The notes under the pieces were generated by a model. It made no database searches. It was not told the origin of the DNA and was given only the letters and a program-made list of their open reading frames with translations. A stretch of DNA of 60,540 nucleotides from an uncultured Anaerolineaceae bacterium (GTDB taxonomy: Bacteria; Chloroflexota; Anaerolineae; Anaerolineales; Anaerolineaceae): contig CAZOYK010000001.1 in NCBI GenBank assembly GCA_964584065.1, forward strand, positions 1-60,540, given 5' to 3'. Position numbers and translations under genes: made by a program. Shown piece by piece: positions 1-7,980 of this stretch (positions are counted from its first letter, which is position 1; every line of letters begins with the position of its first letter).

Positions 1-37
1 ATTCAATTATCATGCTTTTCTGAGACTTAATATACAA

Positions 38-367
38 GGGCGAGATTGAGGGCACTCTGAACGGTGATAAGGACGAATATATCGTGCCCTCAATCCGCCT
101 TTGACTTAGTTCCGGGTGGCAATTTTTCTTGAGTTGTTGAGGGTATGTAGGCGGATTGGAAGCACATCAAGGTCTCTGCATCATGAGTTGTGTGGTACTT
201 CCAACCACGCCCTACGACATGCTATTGGCACTTAGCTACGCCCTACGCTGTAACATGAAAGACTCGCCTGGTCCTTGTATCTTGGTGGGTTGGCTATAGT
301 GAGGTATCCGTAGTGTAAATGCTTAGTGACGCCAATCCACCCTACGCCCTTCCAATCACGCCCTACG
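38..367. repeat. Cluster of REPIN-like inverted-repeat doublets (unit GGCG-N-GATTGRRRGCAC, also read as CGTAGGGCGTG)
   Basis: Hairpin A arms 39-55 and 84-99 (GGCGAGATTGAGGGCAC ... GTGCCCTCAATCCGCC). Hairpin B arms 150-165 and 195-215. Extra CACGCCCTACG units at 233-248 and 332-367. The same two-hairpin composite recurs at 28692-28920. Confidence 0.7.
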
Positions 368-468
368 ACAGACTGCGGGAACTTTGTCTCGCCCAATGCA
401 GTTTTTTGATAAGCAAGTGCTTGGTTGAAGCATGATAAAATTCATTCATCAGCCTTAAGGAGCTCACC

Positions 469-729
469 ATGACTGAACACGTTGCCCCCAATTATTCACG
501 CGAAGAACACATTCGCGCCCTGATCGAGCAGATCAGCGCTTACATCGAGCAATTTCACCATGGCTCAGTAGAATTGGTCAGCGTTGAGGGCGATATCGTC
601 AAAGTGCGCCTCGGCGGCGCCTGTTCGGAGTGCGAGCTTTCCACTCAGACCCTGCAGGGCTGGGTCGCCGGCACCATCCGCCAGTTCTTTCCGGATGCAA
701 TTGTTGTTGCTGACAAGAAATCAGAATAA
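469..729 (+). CDS. NifU-like (Nfu C-terminal domain) Fe-S cluster scaffold protein
   Basis: 86-aa ORF with AAGGAG RBS at 456-461. Has the GSVELVSVEGDIVKVRLGGACSECELS block with the CxxC pair typical of NifU C-terminal domains. Confidence 0.75.
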   Translation: MTEHVAPNYSREEHIRALIEQISAYIEQFHHGSVELVSVEGDIVKVRLGGACSECELSTQTLQGWVAGTIRQFFPDAIVVADKKSE

Positions 730-903
730 TTTTCCAAAGCTAAAACAACATCACTTTCCGGTAATTAGGAATTTATTTTTGATTCGTCTTGATTTGTTTG
801 AATCAATTTCAACATTTTATAACTGAGGTCCTAACTACAATCAAGATCGTCTGCCTTTATCCCAGTTTTTTTACTAAGTTTGTGGATTCTTGTGCCCGCT
901 TAA

Positions 904-2430
904 TTAATTTGTGCACTTCGGCATGGTTTCAGGATATTCTGTAAATTCGTAAGGCTGTGGTTGCGTTGAAAGGTAAGATTTATTTTCAAGTATCGGTAAA
1001 TCCGCGCTGAAAACAAGGTTGAATATATGTCTGAAACTGTTCACTAATGAGGTGTCTTCTGGTATGTTGGCAGCCAACTCATCAGGAAGATAGTAAGCGC
1101 TTAATATACCCAGACGATTGGCACTATCAGCTCCATGATCCCCTACGATGACAATGACAGGCGGATTGTCTGAAGATTTCAAAATATTCTTTATGATCGG
1201 CATAATCGCGTTGTCGACATATTGAACGTGGTTGGAGTAATAGCTTAAATAATCCTCCCAGGGAAGCGGTGTTACCCAAGGGAGTGGAGGTGGATTTTCG
1301 ATCAAGCTCCCATCAGCATTAAAAACATACGGAGCATGTGGAATATTAATGTGCGTGAAAACAAATTTCGGCCCTCTATCAGGGATAATTTCATTGAGTT
1401 TTTCCTGAATAAACAGCTGTTGTCGTACGTCATCAGCATAAAGATAATCAAGCGGCACAAAACTGTCTGATTGGACATGCTTAGCCATGATTTGTAGTAA
1501 TGGTTTGGCCACAGTGGTTTCACTGACCATACTTTCAAAACTATTAACAATTACTGCCTGGCTGAAATTTGATATGCTGTCAGCGTCTGTAGCTATGTAG
1601 TGACTGGCATCCTCCCAGGCCAATGGCTGATAGGACACGAGGTTATATGTACTGTATCCGATTTCCTCAAGGCTTCGCCGTAGACTGCTCTGTTTGATCA
1701 GTTCAAATAACAGAGTCCGATCTGTTTTTGGGGGCTGAAGCTCGGGGGCTAAAGTTGATATGTAGTCCATATTTAACATGGATGACATTGATAAAGGTGT
1801 ATAGGCGTAATTACTCATGGCGCAGTCAAGCACATTAAAGCCCATAGCTTCCAGCTCATTAGTGAAGGCAGAATTGTCGAGGTCAAATGTTTCCAAAAGT
1901 ACATCGGAGCGCAAATGGGAATCCAGCACAATTAAATAAACATCAGGTGGTGTTTCCGGGAGAGTGAGCTGCTGAGTGGAAAGCATTTGTTGTGCTTCTT
2001 GATTGGCTTTTTGTTGATTAAGGCCAAAAGAGATGATTTGAAAAAGTGGGGTGATGAGCAAAAACAAGGCAACCAAGTTTAGTACCAGTGAGAGCCTTCC
2101 GTCGACTTTAACAAGTTTGATCATGAGCACACAGCCAACCAGCCAAATCAACCCCCACACAATCAAACCAGAATTCTCTTTAAAAACATAGCCATAGCTA
2201 AAAAAGAAAATAATAGACCAGAGGCTAAGCAAACCTGCCAGAGGGGTTTTGCGTGTTATCAGCCAGAATGTTAGAAAAAGAATGATGCCAATGCCTGCTG
2301 CAATAAGAAGCGATCTGAGACCTGCCTTGAAATAAACTTCCCGAATATTGACGCCCAAGGCTGCAAGAACTGGGAAAATGGCGAAAATGACTGGATAAAA
2401 AGGGAATTCACCGAGAGTTGTACGCTTCAT
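904..2430 (-). CDS. Membrane-anchored sulfatase-like (alkaline-phosphatase superfamily, LTA-synthase/PEtN-transferase-like) enzyme
   Basis: About 160 aa of N-terminal hydrophobic helices, then a sulfatase-type core (YLIVLDSHLRSD metal-site motif, VIVIVGDHGA near the C-terminus). The gene is visibly AT-richer than its neighbours. Confidence 0.65.
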   Translation of the reverse strand: MKRTTLGEFPFYPVIFAIFPVLAALGVNIREVYFKAGLRSLLIAAGIGIILFLTFWLITRKTPLAGLLSLWSIIFFFSYGYVFKENSGLIVWGLIWLVGCVLMIKLVKVDGRLSLVLNLVALFLLITPLFQIISFGLNQQKANQEAQQMLSTQQLTLPETPPDVYLIVLDSHLRSDVLLETFDLDNSAFTNELEAMGFNVLDCAMSNYAYTPLSMSSMLNMDYISTLAPELQPPKTDRTLLFELIKQSSLRRSLEEIGYSTYNLVSYQPLAWEDASHYIATDADSISNFSQAVIVNSFESMVSETTVAKPLLQIMAKHVQSDSFVPLDYLYADDVRQQLFIQEKLNEIIPDRGPKFVFTHINIPHAPYVFNADGSLIENPPPLPWVTPLPWEDYLSYYSNHVQYVDNAIMPIIKNILKSSDNPPVIVIVGDHGADSANRLGILSAYYLPDELAANIPEDTSLVNSFRHIFNLVFSADLPILENKSYLSTQPQPYEFTEYPETMPKCTN

Positions 2431-2597
2431 GATCGATGATTATAACATTTCTGTTTTACCCATTTAGGCAGGTCAACGGAAAAATGACATGGAGAAATCA
2501 GGATAAATAATAGGTATATTTTGATGTGAGCATCATACTCCGTTGCTCATTCGCTTTATCAAATACGACGCACATAATTAATGGACCTAAATTAAAA

Positions 2598-3479
2598 CTA
2601 CCCCAATTCCCGGTAAGTGGGTGCGCTTGGGGCAAAAATTTCGCGCTGAACGGTCTCGAGCAAAGTTTCGCCTTTCAGATCTTCAACTGTATAACAAACC
2701 GCTTCCATCTTGTCTGCCAGGTCCTGCGCCAGGCCACTATCGAAGACTTTCTGCTCCATGTTGATCACCACGCTGTGGATCTTTTCGTTGGCAAACATGC
2801 CAGCCAGTTCCGCGATTTCTTCCGCCACTGGTCGCCCGGGGGCAAGTGGCACATTCCCCGCGCCATCCGTCAGAACGATCAGCAGTGGTTGCACGTCCGG
2901 GTGCAGGATCTTTTCGCGCTTGATGACTTCGTAGGCCATCTGCAGCCCTGCTGAGAGCGGCGTCTTGCCGCCAACCGGAATGTTTTCAAGCGCGCGCTGA
3001 GCCAGCAATACCGAGTTGGTTGGCGCGAGCACCAGCGTGGCGCGGTCCTTCTGGAAAACGACCAATCCCACGCGATCGCGGCGCTGGTAGGCGTCCGTCA
3101 CCAGGGATAAAATCGCCCCCTTGGTAGCCTGCATGCGCTCCGAGACCGCCATCGACCACGAGCCATCCACAAGGAACAGGATCAGATTGGCGGTCTTCCT
3201 GACCCGAACTTTTTTCTGAAAATCTGCTGATCGCACCGCAAATGCCACGTCACGTTCGGCACGCAAGCTTTCACGCTGGCTCTGGAACGGTGCGGCTGCG
3301 CGGATGGTGGCGTCGAACGCCACATCGGAGGTGTCATCAGGCGCGGCTTGCGCCTGGATGTAGCGTCCACGCTTGGTTTTTGATCGGGTTTGGGAGCGTC
3401 TGCCGCCCTGCTTGCGGACCATTTCGTCCAGGGGAGTGTCCAGTTGGCGCGGCTCAAAAGTTTCGCCAGGCTTCACCAC
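2598..3479 (-). CDS. von Willebrand factor A domain protein (ChlD/BchD C-terminal-half-like)
   Basis: MIDAS motif DxSxS in LILFLVDGSWSM, basic N-terminal linker, and VWA-length C-terminus. Lies directly downstream of a ChlI-like ATPase. Confidence 0.8.
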   Translation of the reverse strand: MVKPGETFEPRQLDTPLDEMVRKQGGRRSQTRSKTKRGRYIQAQAAPDDTSDVAFDATIRAAAPFQSQRESLRAERDVAFAVRSADFQKKVRVRKTANLILFLVDGSWSMAVSERMQATKGAILSLVTDAYQRRDRVGLVVFQKDRATLVLAPTNSVLLAQRALENIPVGGKTPLSAGLQMAYEVIKREKILHPDVQPLLIVLTDGAGNVPLAPGRPVAEEIAELAGMFANEKIHSVVINMEQKVFDSGLAQDLADKMEAVCYTVEDLKGETLLETVQREIFAPSAPTYRELG

Positions 3480-3574
3480 CTTGCCGCCCTCCCACCATTG
3501 GGCGTTTATCTCAGTGAAGATCTGCTGCTGCCCCTCCCCAACAACGGGGAGCTCATCGTCGTCTCCCTTGTTGT

Positions 3575-4705
3575 CTAAGGAGTCGGGTTCCGGGGGTCCG
3601 TCAGTTTTTTTTTAGATTCTTCGGCTGTGTCGGGTTTTTCTTCCTCTTCGCCGCCGACGATCGTGGTTTGCATTTTCAAGTCAGCCAGCTTCGCCTCAAG
3701 CGCCTGCACCCCAACTGCACTCTTGCGGAACGGACCTGCCTTAACTCTGTGCGGCAGTGCCAGCTCAGCAGCCATGGCAATATCCCGCGGCGTGATGCGC
3801 GTGCGCCCTTCGAAGGCAGCTTGGGCTCGGGCAGCTTTGAGGATCACCAGGTCCGACCGATGCCCGTCCACTTCCATCTCGGAGGTCAGGTCGGCAATGA
3901 TCAGCAGGTCGCGCTGGGTGTAGCGCACCTCATCCACCAATTCGCGCGCCATCTCAATTTGCTCTGAGAGTTCCAGCTCCTTTGGCAGCCAGACCTCGCG
4001 AAAAGCCTCCGGATCAGCCTCAAAAGCGATATTGCGGCGCATGATCTCCACACGCTGGGCCTTATCCAGGATGCCGCGGATCTCAACCGAAAACGCAAAC
4101 CGATCCAAAAGCTGGGGACGCAGGTCGCCCTCCTCAGGGTTCATCGTGCCAACCAGAATGAAACGCGCTGGATGGCTGAAGGAGATGCCTTCCCGTTCCA
4201 CCATGTTCACGCCCATTGCCGCCGAGTCGAGCAGGATATCCACCACGTGATCATCCAGCAGGTTGACTTCGTCGATGTAGAGCAGACCGCGGTTGGCGGC
4301 TGCCAGCACACCGGGCTCAAAATGGCGCTCTCCTTTTTGAATAGCCCGTTCGATGTCGAGCGTGCCAACCACGCGGTCTTCAGTGGCTGAAACTGGCAGG
4401 TTGATGAAAGGCGTTTCGCGGATTTCCGTAGGCATCGGATCCTCACCCGCCACAAAGCGCTCACGGCATTCCGTGCACCAGGTGGTGGGCTTGGCAGGGT
4501 CACAACCAAAGCGGCAGTCGCTGACTACCCGCATAGGCGGCAACAAAGCCGCCAGGGCTCTCGCCGCGGTGGACTTGGCCGTGCCGCGTTCGCCGCGAAT
4601 CAGCACGCCTCCAATGCGGGGATCGACGGCGTTCAGGATCAGCGAGCGGAGCATCCGCTCCTGGCCGACTACTGCTGTGAAGGGAAAGATTACGCGTTCG
4701 TTCAT
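3575..4705 (-). CDS. ChlI/BchI-type AAA+ ATPase (Mg-chelatase subunit I family) with Cys-rich insert
   Basis: FPFTAVVGQERM, Walker A GERGTAKST, Walker B YIDEVNLLDDH. Insert CRFGCDPAKPTTWCTEC. Start set to ATG 4705 (AGGAG 6 nt upstream, TATAAT at 4727-4732) instead of ORF-track 4741, which lies inside that -10 region. Confidence 0.85.
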   Translation of the reverse strand: MNERVIFPFTAVVGQERMLRSLILNAVDPRIGGVLIRGERGTAKSTAARALAALLPPMRVVSDCRFGCDPAKPTTWCTECRERFVAGEDPMPTEIRETPFINLPVSATEDRVVGTLDIERAIQKGERHFEPGVLAAANRGLLYIDEVNLLDDHVVDILLDSAAMGVNMVEREGISFSHPARFILVGTMNPEEGDLRPQLLDRFAFSVEIRGILDKAQRVEIMRRNIAFEADPEAFREVWLPKELELSEQIEMARELVDEVRYTQRDLLIIADLTSEMEVDGHRSDLVILKAARAQAAFEGRTRITPRDIAMAAELALPHRVKAGPFRKSAVGVQALEAKLADLKMQTTIVGGEEEEKPDTAEESKKKLTDPRNPTP

Positions 4706-4914
4706 ATGTGTCTCCTGCAAGCATGGATTATAGCACGCCACACCTCAATCGCGGTGTTTGTGTCAAATTCAGGAGAGACGATCTGGTTTTCCCATAAAAC
4801 CTTCATTCAGGACAGAAAAGAGTCAAATTGGCTCCCTTTTCGGCCTTTTTGAGAGTTCCTGATAGTTTAATTTGGCTAAACTGAAACCCGTAAGCTTAAC
4901 TTAAGGAGTCAAAC

Positions 4915-5316
4915 ATGGAAGTTCCACGCCACTGGCGTTTGAAGAAACAACGATACGCACTGCAGGGCGAAGTCTGCCCCCACTGCGATGCCAAGATTTT
5001 TCCACCCCGCGATGTCTGCCCTGAATGCGGCGGCGAAGCCAAAACACCCTTCACCTTCAGCGGTCAGGGTGAGGTTTATTCCTTCACCAGCTACAGCAAC
5101 GCTCCTGCTGGCTTTGAAGAACAAGCTCCCTACACCATTGCCATGGTCAAATTGAATGAGGGTCCGGTTGTGACCGCCCAACTGACCGATCTCGGCGCTG
5201 AGCCCGTGCGCATCGGCATGCCGGTTGAGATGGTCACGCGCAAGATCCGCAACGACAGCTCCGACCGCGGCATGATCGTCTATGGCTACAAATTCCGCCC
5301 GGTGATGCAGGGATAG
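4915..5316 (+). CDS. DUF35-type Zn-ribbon / OB-fold protein (intact copy; target of repeated insertions)
   Basis: 133 aa with AAGGAG RBS at 4903. CPHC..CPEC rubredoxin-like ribbon followed by an OB-fold-length C-terminus. Confidence 0.8.
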   Translation: MEVPRHWRLKKQRYALQGEVCPHCDAKIFPPRDVCPECGGEAKTPFTFSGQGEVYSFTSYSNAPAGFEEQAPYTIAMVKLNEGPVVTAQLTDLGAEPVRIGMPVEMVTRKIRNDSSDRGMIVYGYKFRPVMQG

Positions 5317-5340
5317 TCCCTCTATTGAAGCAAATCCAAA

Positions 5341-5369
5341 CCGCCTTCCAAGTCTGGAGGGCGGTTTTT
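5341..5369 (+). terminator. Rho-independent terminator of the DUF35 gene
   Basis: CCGCCTTCCA agtc TGGAGGGCGG forms a 10-bp stem (one G-U) with a 4-nt loop, followed by TTTTT. Confidence 0.85.
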
Positions 5370-5509
5370 GTATTGTTCGTGCCACCTTTGGTCTTGGTCA
5401 AGCGGAATTTACGCAAATACAGCTATCCCCCCATCACATTAGAAAAAGCGACCCGGACTAAGTTGGAGCAGGCGGAAGGAATTGCGAAAGATTGGGCGGA
5501 ATGAGGTAT

Positions 5510-6352
5510 TTACCCTGTTTCCACGTAATTCTTTGCATATTCCAAGAAATTTTCCTTGAACCCTTCCAGCCAGGCTTCGATGAAAGACCGCTGTTCGAAT
5601 AAAGGTAGCAAATCTTCTGCAAGGTCTGATAACCTCATTTCAGCAATCTTTTCGCCCAGTAATTCAATCGCGGAGTGAACCGTATAAGGTTGGTGACCAT
5701 CCTTAGCCAGCTTTTGCTCCAATGGTCTGATTTTCTGCTGCATGAACCATAATAAATCATAAAAATCGCGGCCTTTGATCGCAACCCCTTCACCCTTCTG
5801 AAAATTGCGCTCCAGGCAGGCCAGCATCTTCCCGGCCATCATCGTTTCCAGCGAAAAATGCGCCGCCACAAAACTTCTGCCAAAAAGTAGCACCGGCGTT
5901 TTGCGTATGATAGAAATTTGCTTGTGCTGGCTGACCTCCACTTTTAGGTGCAGCGGTTCGTTGGCATGCGAGGTCAACCCCAAAGTATAGAGGATCGGAA
6001 ACTTCAAGGTAGTTCGCCGGACGCCCCACTCCCCAATCTGGGTTTTGGCGGTCATATCGTCATATCCGATATTGGAACGGTAGAAAATCAGCAGATCATT
6101 TTCGAGATTGCTCAAATCAATCCCATTGCTGTTATCCAGGTCAATATCTTCCGAAAGACGGTTCAGGCCGTAGATCACATGCAAACAGGTGCCACCATAA
6201 AAATTGAGCTTGCGGTAGACCGGGTGATTGTAGAGAAAATCAAGGGTATACGCCTGTAGAAATTCCTTAAGGATCACCCGCTTGGTTTCATTGGGCAGCA
6301 AAGGGTCTTTTTGTGACAGAACGTTTTGCATCAATTGAATTAATGTCGCCAT
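5510..6352 (-). CDS. abiEii: AbiEii/AbiGii-family nucleotidyltransferase toxin (type IV TA / abortive infection)
   Basis: 280 aa. FYGGTCLHVIYGLNRLSEDIDLD matches the GGTAL..R.SEDIDF core of the DUF1814/AbiEii fold. Overlaps the upstream antitoxin gene by 13 nt. Confidence 0.8.
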   Translation of the reverse strand: MATLIQLMQNVLSQKDPLLPNETKRVILKEFLQAYTLDFLYNHPVYRKLNFYGGTCLHVIYGLNRLSEDIDLDNSNGIDLSNLENDLLIFYRSNIGYDDMTAKTQIGEWGVRRTTLKFPILYTLGLTSHANEPLHLKVEVSQHKQISIIRKTPVLLFGRSFVAAHFSLETMMAGKMLACLERNFQKGEGVAIKGRDFYDLLWFMQQKIRPLEQKLAKDGHQPYTVHSAIELLGEKIAEMRLSDLAEDLLPLFEQRSFIEAWLEGFKENFLEYAKNYVETG

Positions 6353-6996
6353 ACGGTTTTCCTCAGGTTTTTCAATATCTGCTCCATCTTTTTGCTGTTG
6401 CTGATCTCCACGAAGGTTTCAAATTCAACCTGGTCACTTTCTGAGAAATCCTCAAGGTTAAGACGCAGATCTTCTGCCAGGTTATTGCCAGCCAAACGTC
6501 GACTGCCCTTCCAGGGGCGTAAATAGAGAAAATCAAAAAGTGCCTTTGCCAACGTTGCCTGGGATATTGGAATACCCATGTATTCGGAAAACAGAAAACC
6601 CTGATAGAGTTCCGCTTTGATATTGCGGTATGTAAAAGTCCCCAGTTTGTTTTCGAAAACACGGGTCTGTTTGATCGTGACCGCAGTAACCGGGTACGTA
6701 ATTTCGGTGAGAATTGCGCTTCGCTGCAGTATATATTCCAGGGATAGATAGGACTGGGGGATCAAAATCGCGCTGACCATGGGTGCAAAATCGGCGTCCG
6801 CGCGGTGCAGTTCGAAAAAACGTCGTGTCATGTAGACGCCTCTTTTAAGCTGGATAATTTGTTCAGCTTTCATCCAGCGGTAGAGCGCAGTTTGGATCGT
6901 GCCGGTCGCAACAGATTCATCACCAAGAAGCTGTTTTACCGCTTCAATAGTGAAGTATGGAAAAGATTCAAGAGAGGAAATGATTTTTGTTTTCAT
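6340..6996 (-). CDS. abiEi: AbiEi-family antitoxin / transcriptional autoregulator
   Basis: 218 aa. N-terminal wHTH with the characteristic ...ALYRWMKAEQIIQLKRGVYM motif. Has the operon position and size of AbiEi_4 antitoxins. Confidence 0.75.
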   Translation of the reverse strand: MKTKIISSLESFPYFTIEAVKQLLGDESVATGTIQTALYRWMKAEQIIQLKRGVYMTRRFFELHRADADFAPMVSAILIPQSYLSLEYILQRSAILTEITYPVTAVTIKQTRVFENKLGTFTYRNIKAELYQGFLFSEYMGIPISQATLAKALFDFLYLRPWKGSRRLAGNNLAEDLRLNLEDFSESDQVEFETFVEISNSKKMEQILKNLRKTVWRH

Positions 6997-7031
6997 ATAG
7001 GATAATTGACGCTTTGCGTCTATTATCCTAT
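6997..7031 (-). promoter_or_regulatory. 16-bp inverted repeat (candidate AbiEi operator) abutting the abiEi start codon
   Basis: ATAGGATAATTGACGC ttt GCGTCTATTATCCTAT has one mismatch between arms. It overlaps a GATAAT/TATATA -10-like stretch. Confidence 0.55.
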
Positions 7032-7196
7032 ATATAAGTCAATTATGCAAGTGGGAAAAAATTGTTAAATACATTGCCCCACATCTGGATGCTGTACCGC
7101 TCCGTTTCGAACACCCAGAGGTGTCTATGTTATTGCTTGCCGGAAATTCCGTTTTCGGATAATGGAATTGCAAGGAATTAACTGGATGTGATTGGA

Positions 7197-7512
7197 TCCA
7201 CCCCGCGATGTCTGCCCTGAATGCGGTGGCGAAGCTAAAACACCCTTCACCTTCAGCGGTCAGGGTCAGGTCTGGTCCTTCACCAGCCACAGCAATGCTC
7301 CTGCTGGCTTTGAAGAGCAAGCTCCCTACACCATTGCCATGGTCAAATTGAATGAGGATCCGGTTGTGACCGCCCAACTGACCGATCTCGGCGCTGAGCC
7401 CGTGCGCATCGGCATGCCGGTTGAGATGGTCACGCGCAAGATCCGCAACGACAGCTCCGACCGCGGCATGATCGTCTATGGCTACAAATTCCGCCCGGTG
7501 ATGCAGGGATAG
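7197..7512 (+). pseudogene. Ghost copy 2: 3' fragment of the DUF35 gene (codons ~30-133), lacking the first CxxC and native start
   Basis: Aligns base-for-base with 5001-5316 (about 10 mismatches by eye, clustered in the first ~170 nt). Homology starts abruptly at TCCACCCCGCGATG. Confidence 0.85.
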
Positions 7513-7536
7513 TCCCTCTATTGAAGCAAATCCAAA

Positions 7537-7565
7537 CCGCCTTCCAAGTCTGGAGGGCAGTTTTT
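7537..7565 (+). terminator. Duplicated DUF35 terminator (copy 2)
   Basis: Same hairpin as 5341-5369 with one change (GGGCAG), followed by TTTTT. Confidence 0.75.
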
Positions 7566-7980
7566 GGTTTGGTAAATCTGAAGGTTCCCTTTACCTGATA
7601 AATAAACATCGAGCTGCCATGGGTATCACTAATGCCCGTTTTGAGTCACCAGGTTCATATGTTTATCGATGGTTATTCTAAGATAAAACTGCACTAACTG
7701 GTTTGATGGGCATTGAATTTTGGATTCTTTTTTCGTATACTGTTAATTAATTATCCGGCTTTTTTGCTCATAAAGATAGTAGCCATTTATCAACACCTAA
7801 GAACTATCACGCACTCATTAAACATTATGCCAGCCTAATCGAATAATTTTCAATGCGATAAGTGGTCGTTGCGCTTGATCACTATCGTTTGGAATCATTA
7901 TTTTGGCTCAATGCGCATTGCTTGATTCATGGCATGCGCTTGACTACCTGTTTATCACCTCTTGAAAGGAGCGTCCAAAA

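Noticed and set aside
2598-4705. The ChlI/ChlD-like genes as evidence for (bacterio)chlorophyll biosynthesis or phototrophy.
   Set aside because: No H subunit or any other tetrapyrrole or photosynthesis gene is in the window. The D-like protein lacks the AAA half, and such pairs are common in non-phototrophs.
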